A stretch of 64,000 nt of DNA from Bugula neritina (Eukaryota > Animalia > Bryozoa): assembly GCA_964035545.1 (NCBI GenBank), contig OZ037769.1, positions 372,001-436,000 on the forward strand, read 5' to 3'. The notes beneath the pieces were generated by a model. The model was given only the letters and a program-made list of their open reading frames with translations. It made no database searches and was not told the origin of the DNA. Each line of letters opens with the position of its first letter. The stretch's first letter is position 1. A program made the position numbers and the translations under genes. This document shows, one piece after another, positions 25,201-39,300 of this stretch.

Positions 25201-28200
25201 AACAGCTGCGAATTGGGAATAATTTTAGAAAGCTCAGTCATATTTTAGAATTGTTAAATACAAGAAATATGTATTGATACCTCTTCTCCCGTTAGCGAAG
25301 TCTCACTAGCAAAAGTATGTTGGATTAAAGTTTATAACATGGCATTGTTTTTATGTAAAATTAAAGCTGGTTGACCAAAATTATTTGCCATTAACTTTGT
25401 TTTGATTGATTAGGCAATATTATATTATATACTCTAGTATAATAACTTGTCAGAATGAAGGAATTTCTAGGTTGGCTTACAAAAAAATTAATGTTGTTGT
25501 GTCTGCAACAGATAATCTCCAAGGAAATATTATAATAATTCTGTTTATTAAAATAAATTATTGGGATAAATAAGAGCATTTAGTATTCAATGATTCACGT
25601 TTTAGCACAGCTAAACCCTGTCCAGTACACGGAATAGTATAGTGCCATCTTGTACTATAGGCATATGGTATATAGCAGTGTGTATAAACTAGTCATGTCC
25701 TATAAGCATGTCCTAGCATGTCAAATACTGAAGGTCAAAAATATTATATTTCTTTGCTAGGTATATAAAAAATCAATGTTTTTATTTTTTTAAAATTTCA
25801 CAATTATTTTGTTGCTATTTTTTACATGTCACAAAAACTTGAAAATTTCATCAACAAAGCATAATACAAGAACGGAATTTGGTGATTGCTCCTCCCACAG
25901 TAAAGTTAGGATGTGTCAATCTGAAAACACTCACCGCTACCCTCGTAACTATTGAGTAAATCAATTTGCATGTAGTGTCCTGCCAAAACTTTGTAAATAA
26001 AAATAGAAAATATTCATACATCTTCAGTGGTGGCAGTATTAAAATCAAATAAATTATAATTTAACATTTAGTAGCGACAGGTGACATGCTGTTCCACCGA
26101 TGGTGTGAAATTTCGTATCCTGTTCACTTTCACTTTGCATAAGGCGGGTTACACGATTACCTAACATTCAGCATTGCCTGGAGAAATTGTATTCCAAATG
26201 CCAATCATTTTTTATCATATGTAGCTACAAAATTATTAGAATGTATAAAAATCTATTTACTGGTGAAAGTTTTTGATTAGTGAAAAACTATAATGTAAGT
26301 TAAAGAGACTAGAGATTACAAGATTTAGAAATACAGGATTTAGAGAACTTCACAGATCCTCTTTAGCTGTGGTGTAGATTATTCTGTGCCGTCGTACTGA
26401 TACTGCATGGAAGGTATTCAATCTTCAGTCTTTAAGATGGCATTTCATTTTACTATAGATGGAGATTGAAGCTGTAGACTCAGATCATGGTCTAGGGTTT
26501 TGGGCCTTCAAAAGGGCACTTGGAAAAATTGCACATTTTCTCCTTTAAGGCATTAGTCTATCTTTTCTTATACCTTAAAGGTTTCAGGTTATTCTGTTAG
26601 CAGACACTAAGGCCTGAAGAAAGATTAGACCAACTTTAGGGTACGAACACGTACTGATGAATAAGAATGAGCGGCTGAGGTGTAGTCCTGTTAGAGAGGA
26701 ACGTAGCCCATATTCCTGGGTAGAATAGCAAAGAGACCTCTCCTAATTGTTAATGTTTGCAGAGTTATGTAATGAATAGGGAAACTAATTACACGCACTT
26801 TGCAAGAGCATGTTACTAATTACCTGCATGATAAGTAATTCATAACTAAAGAACTTTTTTCTTTCATGGAAACTGTAAGCAATACGTACAAATTAGATTC
26901 AATCTATATTTAACAAACTCTCTTCTCATTACATAAAAGAAATAAACACTTAGTAAATTCATCTTGCTCACAGCTTTCTAACAGCTACTGTAAGACATTA
27001 ACTAAAAACTACAATTGTGTGAACATCAGCACAAAAAGCATTGTCTAGACTCTAGTATATGTACTGAAACTTGAAAATGTGCAAGAATAAAATAAATTGA
27101 TGAAATGTGGTTTAGTGTATACTCTACAGTGAAACATCTGCTGTATGTATTGGGAAATATTGCTGTAATGTCAATCATGTTAATCATTTGTAAAGTATAG
27201 CATATAATCCAGATCAAAATGGTGACCACAGTTATACTGATTGACAACTATGATGAAATACTGTGCTAATGAGGAATTATATGATAAATATACCCTTGGT
27301 GATACTGTAGCAGCTTTGTAAATATCCAAAGTGTCTGCAAAACCAGATCTAACTATTTTTATTAATTAAAATGTAAATTTGTTCTCTTGACAATAATAAA
27401 ATTGATTTAGCTAGATTACATCAGGATTATGTAAAAATTGAACATATTCATTGGATGAGAAATCAAAGCTAGAAAATAATTACACATTGAATTAGGAATT
27501 AGCCTGACAGGTGGGTAGACTAACGTCAAGATAACCAAACACACGTGCTACCAAATGTTAGAAATATCTCTACTATACAGAAGATGTTGGCAGATTATAA
27601 CTTTAGGATTCCTACTAGTCTTATCTACCTTCACTAAATAGAGCCCTCACTTGCATCATTCACTCTCAAAATCATTTTTAAAATCTTATATTTATTTGTA
27701 TGTCACAGAATAGACTTACACCGAGTAAATGACATCAATGTGATTAATTTAAATACAAATAATATTAAAAAAACAGCACTAAAGTTGAGAGAATCTTTTA
27801 GGCGACTTTTTTCATACTCAATGTATTAGGTTTTGCGGATGGCTTGCTTTGCATAACCTTTGCTCTCGTTGCTACATTCATTTGTTGTCACATATATTCA
27901 TTATTCAGTAACATTGTCAACAGCAAGTATTTATGTTTTAGCAGAAACTCTTCCTGAAGGTTCTGTGTTAGAGTTGGGCGTCTCATGTGGCCTCAGAAAC
28001 ACGCCAAGTAGAAGCCTCAGAATTATTGGAGGGAAAACTGTAAAGAAAGGTCATTGGCCATGGCAGGTAGGTTGGTGTATGCACGTTGGCAAGTTGTAGC
28101 AGGTAGGTTGATGCATGCACGTTGACAAGTTGTAGCAGGTAGGTTGATGTATTCACGTTGACAAGTTGTAGCAGGTAGGTTGATGTATTCATGTTGACAA

Positions 28201-29264
28201 GTTGTAGCAGGTAGGTTGGTGTAAGTTATTAGTAATAAACACTGTACATATTCTTGCAGGTGGCTATTATGATTGACAAGAAGAAAAATGACTTCACTGA
28301 CTTTCCACACCATCAGAATTTATTCAACTCCCAGCAATTCTATAACTACACAGAGGCTCCGAGCTATGTGCAGTATTGCGGAGGTACCCTCATCAACAAC
28401 CAGTGGGTCCTCACAGCCGCCCACTGTGTTAAACAAAGAGAAACTGGGCTACGCAAGCCCAACATGGTAGTAATGGTTGGAGAAACTGACATGAGAGTAA
28501 TGAAAGAAGAGGACGATTCCTGGCATACTAAGATATACAAGATATCAAAAGTGATTGACCACAACCGGTTTGAGTGGGAGTCGGTGAACAATGACATTGC
28601 ACTATTGAAGTTAGAAAAACCTGTGCCAAATGCACCAGAAATAGGCTTCAGCTGTGTTCCTAAAGAAGACATGGAGGTTAGTGCGGGAACTGAATGTATA
28701 GCGGTAGGTTGGGGGAAGAGCAAGAAGTACCCCAAACAGAGGTCTAGTAAACGTCTGAAAGAGGCTATATTGCCTCTAGTGTCAAGACAGGCGTGCAAAA
28801 GTGCCTTCAACTTCACCATAACAAAGAATCAAATGTGTGCCGGCTATGAAGATGGCCGAAGTGACTCGTGTGACGGAGATTCAGGGGGTCCTCTTCTGTG
28901 CCTGGCCAAGACGAGTAGCGGCGAGCGATGGATTGTCTACGGGATAACGAGTTTTGGGTCGAATGACGGGTGTGGTATAGCCGGAAGGTACGGAGTGTAC
29001 ACTAAAGTCAATAACTATTCTGATTGGATAGAGTATGCCATCGAAACTGGCACTCAAACGCCTGAACTAGCAACATCTACAGAAAACAGGAGACGGCGCC
29101 ATAAAAAGCAAAAACGCAAAAGAGAAAAATACAGCCAAAAGGATACTGAAAGTACAACAAAATCTAACTACTTTGACGAACTCGAAATGATTAACTGGCT
29201 GTCGGTAGATTCTGGAACTAACCTCAATTCACAAAACAAAACTCAAACTGGTGCAGAGAATTAG
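22297..29264 (+). CDS. Secreted trypsin-like (S1A) serine protease with two N-terminal TSP1-like modules; exons 22297-22365, 23593-24241, 27942(or 27945)-28066, 28260-29264
   Basis: Signal-like MRRLLTCSYSVFLMAMLVSP; WNSWTPC...C and WGDWSKC...RKVRYRQC (TSP1-like); CG...R|IIGG activation site; TAAHC, DIALL, GDSGGP triad; DSC indicates the S1 Asp (trypsin specificity). Exon 1 is less certain. Confidence 0.88.
22372..22663. repeat. 20-bp x~14 minisatellite abutting the protease exon 1 donor
   Basis: tatgtcttacacatacagta units. Confidence 0.92.
28063..28218 (+). repeat. 36-bp x4 tandem repeat giving five CAG|GTAGGT sites
   Basis: GT at 28067, 28103, 28139, 28175 and 28211; unit gtaggttgRtgYatKcaYgttgRcaagttgtagcag. 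Confidence 0.95.
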
Positions 29265-30368
29265 CTGCGGGCAATAGCATAATTTATTTCTTTTAACCTA
29301 TATTTTTATTGAAACATATGATAGGGAAATTTTATAAATGATATTCTAGATTTACAGCTGGAAAAGCTATATATATCATCATTATATTTGTATAAGGTTA
29401 CTCAGAGCTGCAATATTGTATATTTTTATCCAATGTGGGAAAACTTTTTCATTTCATTTATACCAAATTATTCCGTCCAATAAAATACATTGAACTATCT
29501 ATAAAAAATCAGATATGGACCCCATCATATTACGATGTCTTGAAAGAGAATTACAAGTTTAAAAACAACCACATGCCTCCAATGTTAACAATGACTTTAA
29601 TTAAAAAAATAAAAATAAATGAAATCATAATAAATGCTATAAAATATGTAAATGTAACAAAAATATATACAAGATACAAGGAAACCAAGGTGTACTAGAA
29701 ATGACAATGAATATTAAAATAAAGGTTGACATTGTCAGTTGATAGATGTTGTAAACAGAACCTATGCATATATTAATAACTTGGAGTTAGCAGTGGACCG
29801 AGTATTCCCAGACAGAGTGGACAACTCTAGTCTTCATATCACACAGGAAATACAAATATGACTCACTAAGCAATCTCAGAAAGTTCTAGAAGGCAGGCAG
29901 GCAGGAGAAGCCGACTCCTGATATTCCAAACTGTAAATAGAGTAAGAAATCAAGTAGTTCAGTGGCAAAACAATTAAATTGAATTTATTCTAAAAATCTG
30001 TTAACTTCTGAATTCATGTTTTGAGTTAAAAGATTCCCAAATTCACTCAGCTGCAAAAATCTGTTAGTAAGTGTAAATGCATATAAGTAAGTAAGTGTAA
30101 GTATGTAAATAAGCAAGTAGGTAAGCGTAAGGCAATATCTACATCTAGGTGTGTTGTTCAGTATGAATCAGAAGTGTATATTCATATTGATGGAGTGAAA
30201 TATATTCTCTATAAACTATGGCAGAACAGGAAACACATGTTTTGTAATTTAGGATATAAAGCACATCCTGGAGGATTCTGGGACAGACCATGAAGTATTT
30301 ATCTGCAGAAATTTACAAGAGTTCATGTGTCATGACTAACTACCTTTCACACAAGAGAGTGCCGGAGG

Positions 30369-33300
30369 TTAGAACACCAGTACAGCTCCGGATTGTCTGG
30401 CGTCATGGGAGCTCCTCAACGCCGACACCACCACTCTACTTCTGGTTACACTCTGCAACATGACCAAGTAGAAACAGTATTGGTGGGTGAGGAATTGATA
30501 GCACAACTCATACAAAACAGAAAAAAGTCTACAAGCTTAAACTACATGTTGAATATAAAAATAAGACTAGGCTGGCCAATATAATGCACTGTTAGTAAAT
30601 ACTTCACATAACATCTTATTGCATAGCAACAACTGAAATAACATTTCTTCACCGGGTTGGTCAAGTTGGCCGACAAAAAGACAACCGATTATATTTTAAC
30701 CCAAACTCTGGTACCAGTTATATTTCTCATCAAGCGTCTTAAAGAACAAGTGACGGAGTATAAAGAGGTGAAACTGATGTCACCGGAAACAACCAGCTGT
30801 ATCATTGTTCAAATATGGACCAATCAGGGGCTGTTTAACTTCCACTTCTTAGGCCTACTTAAAGCTGGACAATGAGAGTCTAAATAGATGTTTACACGAG
30901 CATTTCATAGAACAGGCACAGAGGTCATTGTCCACCCATAAATCTCGGTTTAGTGAAAACACATTCCACTTCCTGTACGCGAAGCTCCCTCGAGACAATT
31001 TGCCAATTTATATAATGAATTGGCAGGCTTTATGAAATATTAATTATGAGTGAAAACATATAAATTAATGATCCTTAGCTGTACACTGTTTGGCAGATAA
31101 CACTCATATGAAATCATCTGGGAGAAACAGACAAGATATGTGGGTACAAACGCTGTAATTAATGGTCACGTAAAGGAGCGATTGATTTATAAAGCTAGGA
31201 CTAATATATGCAAATAAAATGAACAACCATTAGTTCAAAATATATCATAACATAATTTAACATGTTGTAATTATGTTTAGAGTTTAATGTCCGTTCAGAT
31301 CTTTATCTGGTCGCTGGAACACCCTGAAACCAATGAGTGATACTAAAATATGTACCTCATCATGAAACGTAGACCTAAAGGCAAAGCGAGGTGAACCTCA
31401 GCAATAAAACATAATCTCAGACATGCAAACAATCCCCTTAGTATCTATTAGGTACCCTGAATACTGTGGAGTCTCCTATACTATAAGCAGTTGTCTAATC
31501 GTTACACTTACAGATTTACTAACTCTCCAATACACTGTAGAAACAACCAGCTGAGATACTCTGTAGCCTGAGAAGAAACGTAGACTGTAGTCCTAACACG
31601 GGCTGTATGTTCCCTTCTTCACTAATTAAAACTGTAGATCTTTCCTGATCACTCAAACAACCTCTCTCAAAAGCTGCCATTACTGTGCAGAAGTCAGCAA
31701 GCTAACTATAAGCCTACTTCTACAGTTTATCTTAGAGAAGCAAGGCATATGAATTATGGATAAACTGGGACTAGAGTTTATGTTCTTGAGAGAAACTGGG
31801 GGGGGGGGAGGTACTGTTATGGTGTAATGTTGGGTAGTACTGTGTATAGTAAACTATGAAATACAAGCCAATATTATGCTACTATAAAGAAGGTTTATAG
31901 AAAGGAATTTTACTTAGTCTTGCCTCAAAACCTGCCATCTATCATTCAAAGCCTATATCTAAGGCTACACAGAGATCCCTAAGGCTACATAAAGATCTCT
32001 AAGGCTACACAAAGATTCCTAATGAAATAGAAACTTACGATTTCTCTGTGAAATTGACCTTGAAAGTTGTGGGAACTGGTATTCTAATCAATAGCCGAGA
32101 CAGCTTGCAGACAGAAAGTGCATAAAATGACAAGTTAATGGAGAAAGAGCCAACATTTACATATGTTGGTGTGTGAATTATTCACCATTCTAATATATCA
32201 ACCCAACAAGAATTTTAAACATTAAATTCTTTATGCAAACAGTTTGAGAAACTCTCTCTTCAAGTCTATAAAATTCTTAGAACTTTCCAGATCTTTAAAT
32301 ACAGAATCACTACATCTGATACTTGATAGTATACCTAGAGTAACACTAGTATACTTATAGTAACACTAGTATACTTACAGTAACACTAGTATACTTACAG
32401 TAACACTACGTCTGGATGCTTTACTCGAGTTGGCCTTCCCTTTAAGAATGGCGAGCTGATGTCCAAAATGAGCTTTGTCTTCCCTCCAGCTTAGCAGACG
32501 TGATGACTGAAATATGAGAGTATCAGTCATGACTCAGTCTAACTCACAGTTACTAACTCACAGATACTTAGCAAATAGTGACTCTGACTTAGTAAATAGA
32601 GAAAATTTGTATCAAAATAACCTCAACATTTTGTGTTTTATTTTCAACAAAACATAGACACATCCGTGTTGATTATAAATTACAGACAGAAACGAAGAGC
32701 TAAAATTCGGCTCCCAAAATATTTATTATAGCAATTCAAGTACCCACAGTTAATATTCACAACTACAAAATTCTGTTAGCAATTGAGCACACTTGCAAGG
32801 GTAATGAGTAAACACTAATAAAACAGTTGAGTGTACATAACATTGGCATCTATGCTCATACTTGGAGAGAGAAAACTGTGTACTTTCTACTGCGGCAACA
32901 TTTTGACTTAACATACAGATATTAAATGTGGTCAAAGGAATAACTTGGCAAGCAGTTAGGAATACCCTGTAAGGTTGATTATAATTGACAACTATCACTG
33001 CCATCAATGTCAACCTCTAAGCCAACACAAATATAGTACATAAATTTAAATATCTTAATTAGAAAGTGGCAGAAAGCCTATTTATGCTGATTTATCACAC
33101 AGGAGTGTATTAATAACACAACGTGAAGGGTGTCAGACACTAACTGGAGAGACGTAACGCTTTCACTTTGAGTTCTACACACAGTCACAATCACCAGGAA
33201 AATATGACAGAGCATTAAAAAAAGAGCATGACAAATGAGGTCATGTACAGCCATAATTATATAATATATTTACTGTGTCTGGAGGTAATTTCAGTGTCTG

Positions 33301-36300
33301 AGCCTACAGCGGCGTTATGTTTCGTAACGAGAAGCTTAACTCTAAACTCAATAATATAATAAGTAATTAAAGCACTTGTATATAAATACTCTATTGTAAT
33401 GGTTTTGTTTAATTGATTACATGTTTTCCAAGTATTGCAAATAATTAACTCCTGTGGATTAAAATAAGAGTTCATTGTTTTCACAACTACAGTTTGCACC
33501 CAGTCGATCTTTTATATTATATTAAATAATTAAAACACAGAAAATGACTAAAATTTTAATATAAATTAATTATTGTGTTGGAAAGGATAAGCCTAATATG
33601 AGTAGTGGCCAGGTGATCTTATCAACAGGTGATCTTATCAACAGGTGATCTTATCAACAGGTGCTGATGACCAGAGAAACTTTGTTATTTATTTATACAA
33701 TAATTTATTGCTCTGTGCCAACTTGAGAGAGGAGCTTTAACATTATAGAATGTCATCTGCTTATTTGTGACAGCTGATTGAGTCACAGAGTATACATACT
33801 CACAGTGCGGGACGGGCAGGGGCGTACCCAACTGTTGGCACAGATGTGTGAGGCTATGTCATCTTTAGGAAAACTGCTATTTCCTCCTCCAAACACGTAA
33901 ACAATCCCTTGTTCCACTGAAAATATTATAGTACAGTACAGTAGTATAATATAGTATAGTGCAGTACAGCGTGTAATATAACATAATTATAATATAACAT
34001 AGTAGCCTAAAATACAGTACAGTACAGTAGTATAATTTAGTATAGTACAGTACAGTGTGTAATATAACATATAATATAACATAGTAGCCTATAATATAGT
34101 ACAGTATAGCGTGTAATATTATATATATAACATATAATATAACATAGTAGCCTATAATATAGTACAGTACAGCGTGTAATATTATATATATATATAGAAT
34201 ATATCATATAACATAGTATAAAGTATAGTATAGTATGAAAGTTTGCCTAAAATCAGCTTCATCAACAGATACACAGTAATATGCAATGTTTAACCAAAGT
34301 CCATCATTTCAGTTTACCACAGAGTAATAACTTAGACCTGTGGCTACTTAATACCCCCACTATGAATAACACTTGGTTGATAGTCTGTAATACCAGCTCT
34401 AATTCAATTAACCTCCCATAAACCAGTCAGTTAGTGAGGGGGGGGAGGGAGGTTGTAGACTGACTGATGACAAAGAAGAGGTGATATATTGTCTAATTAT
34501 ATAACCAGAAATCTACCAGTTGAGAGAAAGTGACCTTATTGACCCCCCCTAATGACCAACGGTCAACCAACTAACAACCTCAGTAATGACGAAATACCCT
34601 TACGTAAAACTCAATTAACAAATTGATATGAAACGTAAGTTTTGTGGGAACTTTGATTGATTAAAAAGTAAAAAAAATATAATTTAACTTATCCATCCGT
34701 GTTGTATAACTGTTGTGTAACATCTCTGTAGGGTGGTGGTGGTGTGACATATACAGAGAATATACAGATAATATACAGAGAATATACAGATAATATACAG
34801 ATAATATACTACTAGCTTGGTTTACTTTACAGAACAATAAGTTTCTCTAAAGTCAGACTCAACCAACCAGTCTACCAGGATACACAAGTGAATCCTCTCA
34901 CCTCCGTAGAGCAGTGCGGTTGGGTCATCCGTGAAGTGAGGGGCACCCACAATCAGTTCATCTTTTCCGTTAGAATCCAAATCTACAAACTATACAGGAA
35001 ATGATGTAAGCGCATGGCTACGACAACAAAGTTTTCACCAGCTATGATTGGCTGGATGAGTCACGTCAAGTAATTATACGATGCAGAGTATCAGCTCTCT
35101 CACACATACTTCTATATGATTATTTGAAATTAAAAAAAATTAAATTTCACGATTGTAAGTCATCTGCTCCTTATTTCAGTCATTTTGGTATTTAAAACAT
35201 GACCTTGATATATGTCTGAAAACTGCTATGAAGATTCTGTGACCCCCACCTTGAGGGCAGCGGAGAAGAGAGAGAACTGTCTGTCAGCGTGTAAGACAGC
35301 GTCGGGCTGACAGCTGCTGCCTCCCTCAATCAGACAAGAGAGATTGTACACATCCACTGCTCCAGCTTGACTCAGGTGGACATCGTAACCAAACACACTG
35401 CCATTCACATCTGCAGCAGGAAATAATAGAGATATTAGTCACTAACTTATGGAGAAATGGACAGTAATTCAGAGTTATTCTCTCCTGATTTTGTGGAGAC
35501 AACTTTAAACAAGTACTAATTGACTTTAACACCCACCTACACTGTCTCTCCCAACAGCCAACATGATTGGTCCAGACAACCCAAAAGGATGACCAATAGA
35601 AAAGCTGCTGCCGAAATGCTCGTGTTCGGCTGTTCCCTCTATCTGTCGCAGCAGACGCAAGTCTGGCAGACTCCAGACGGTCAGCTGACCAACTGATTGC
35701 GTGTCTCTCACGGAGAACGTGCAGTTTGAACTGAAAGAGAGAGAAAGAGAGTAGGGCTACAGGCTATTCAAAGAGCGAGAGAGAGAGGGAAAGAGGGAGG
35801 GAGAATAGGAGCAGAGGCTAGACACGAGTTCAACTTACAAGGCACAGTTTCTACGGATAGGAGCTCCGACTATCAGGACAGGATTGTAAGGCGAATCGGC
35901 CACGAGTAAACGACTTCCGAACCAGCTGTTGTTGGCCTCCACCTTCGTGTAATAATATAAACATATAAAGTATGTAGAGGATGGCGTATAGTTAGTAATA
36001 TAAACATATATAGTATGTATAATATAGTGTATAGTTTGTAATATAAACATATATAGTATAGTGTATAGTTTGTAATATAAACATATAAAGTATGTAGAGG
36101 ATAGTGTATAGTTAGTAATATAAACATATAAAGTATGTAGAGGATAATGTATAGTTAGTAATATAAACATATATAGTATGTATAGGATAGTTCACAACAG
36201 GAAACACTAGTAATTACTCACCCCGGGACCCCAAATACACTTCCATGTGGAGAAATCAAATGCCTTGGAACTCAGAACAAAGCACACTTTGCCAGACTGG

Positions 36301-39300
36301 GGTCCGGCACCAGTTGGCCCAGTACCGGTTGGTCCAGCACCGTTTGGACCAGCGGACTCTGAGTATGGAGAGTATGGTGAACCAACGACTAGATCATCAA
36401 ATCCGTCTCTATTAATATCTGCAGCTAAGAGGGTTGTCCCCTCGTTATCATACAATGGCTGCAAAAGTGATAGAGGGAACTATTTGAAATACCTTCGATT
36501 CACTACAAATAATTAACTCATGATAAATGTCAACTTTATGATAGAAGATTCAAGCCAAAGATAGATCAAGCAGCAGATTACTTGATGAGAGAGAACCACT
36601 ACAAGTAAAGTTTCAAAGTTTCGAGGGAGTTTCAAAGTGAAGTCATTTAATTTAACTCAGTTTAGAATAACTGATAAGTTGTATCTTTAGTTAACTCTTT
36701 GACATAAATCAATCAACAAAAAGGTCGCAATAATAAAATCCAACTTCAAATAGGAAAGTTTGCATCAGTGAGCTCTGGAGTTAGATTATACGAGTTAGAC
36801 ATCAGTGAATACTGACTGAAGAGGATAATGAAGGAAACTTACTGCATGTTGGTCTCTCTGGACCATAGAGGGTTGGTCACTGAACGTACCGTCTTTATTG
36901 CCGAACCAGATGGACATCCCACCCTAACAACACACACAGCATTATACAGCTTTACCTTGAAGTGACATTGAGCTAGCTCACAGATATGCTATTTGTGAAG
37001 GAATGTAGATCAACTTACAGTATACGTGAGATTTGTCCAGCCCAAGTTGGGAGAGCTAACAACGATGTCTTTATATCCGTCTAGATTAGCGTCCAGTACG
37101 GCGACAGCAGAGCCAAACCTGCCCGCCTAGCAGCAAATATTAGCATATAATATCTACTAAGTTATGCTACAGGCACTATAACCTAACACAGATACCATGC
37201 ATATATATAAAGTATACTGAAATATACATACTACAACATACTATAAATAGAAAAGTATACTAAAATATACTACGACATACTATAAATAGAAAAGTATACT
37301 AAAATATACTACGACATACTATAAATAGAAAAGTATACTAAAATATACTACGACATACTATAAATAGAAAAGTATACTAAAATATACTACGACATACTAT
37401 AAATAGAAAAGTATACTAATATATACTACGACATACTATAAATAGAAAAGTATACTAAAATATACTACGACATACTATAAATAGAAAAGTATACTAAAAT
37501 ATACTACGACATACTATAAATAGAAAAGTATACTAAAATAAACTACGACATACTATAAATAGAAAAGTATACTAAAATATACTACGACATACTATAAATA
37601 GAAAAGTATACTAATATATACTACGACATACTATAAATAGAAAAGTATACTAAAATATACTACGACATACTATAAATAGAAAAGTATACTAAAATATACT
37701 ACGACATACTATAAATAGAAAAGTATACTAAAATATACTATGACATACTATAAATAGAAAAGTATACTAAAATATACTACGACATACTATAAATAGAAAA
37801 GTATACTAAAATATACAACGACATACTATAAATAGAAAAGTATACTAAAATATACAACGACATACTATAAATAGAAAAGTATACTAAAATATACTATGAC
37901 ATACTATAAATAGAAAAGTATACTAAAATATACTATGACATACTATAAATAGAAAAGTATACTAAAATATACTACGACATACTATAAATAGAAAAGTACA
38001 CTAAAATATACTACGACATACTATAAATAGAATAGTCTACTAAAATATACTACGACATACTATAAATAGAAAAGTATACTAAAATATACTACGACATACT
38101 ATAAATAGAAAAGTATACTAATATATACTACGACATACTATAAATAGAAAAGTATACTAAAATACTAACGGAGTTTGAAGCTCCTCTGAGGGTTACATTT
38201 GCCAGATCCTCAACTCGGAAGTCACCTTCTGGGAGACCTTCTTTATGTCCTGCATGTGTATTATTATATTATATAATATAATGTAGCGTTACATTTTATT
38301 TTATTATATTATATAATATAGCATTACATAATACATTATTATACTATATAATAATTTATTAATCTGAAGGACCAATGAGATTGAAAGAATAACTCACCAT
38401 ACAAGATGAAGACTGCCCCTGCGTAGTTAGTAGTGACGTTGTGTGGGTACATGGGTGAAGATATCACCAGGTCTTCTATTCCGTCGCTGTTCACGTCCGC
38501 TGAGAGAAGCACGCTGTGAAATTAACCGAGATAAAAACACAAATAAATGTCAAATAAGAAAGAGGGGCAGCTGTGAATAAGAGGGACACACAATTACAGA
38601 GTGCTAAGGCTATAGAGCAAGGAAGAAGGCTACAGATATTACAGTAAGCTTAGACAATGTTTTGACGGAGTGAATTCTCAAATAAAAGCTGGATGGAAAA
38701 TGTCGTAGAATAAATAAAAATTTAATTTTGATGCAATAAAACAAGAATAAAATAAGAATGGTTTGTAAAAATAGGCTAAAATGCTTTAATAAAGCAAATA
38801 ATGAAGGAAATAGAGGACTATTTTTAGAGTTGTTCCCCCACAAGAGATGAGAGGGGGCAACTCCAAACTATACAGACTACTCACTGGCCTAGCCTGGCAT
38901 ATGGCCACTTTGTAGATATTACGGTGCGAGGAGACTCTGCTTTCCTACTCTCTTTATGTTGTTTAGATCTCAGTCTTAATCTTCTTTGCTTTTCCACGGC
39001 ATTCTAAACAATGTTAATACCAGTTTGCTAATGGCCGTTCATCATTCTAAATATCAGAGAATATCGCAGCAATATAACTTATAGTAATCTTACAACAGTC
39101 ATACCTTAGCAGCAGTAGGTTTGAGTTTAAATATTACACCGTGTTTCGTCTTTTGTACTTTCATATCACCAGCACTGAGGCTATGCTTTAGAGACAGACT
39201 TGGAGGCTCTAAGGCTGGTTGCCGCGATGTAATTTCCTTAGTTACGGGCGACAACAGAGCGTGCTTGTACTTGTCACATCTGATGTACAGAGGGTTGTCA

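Noticed and set aside
28364-28819. 151-aa antisense ORF
   Set aside because: Shadow of the protease exon; no recognisable motif
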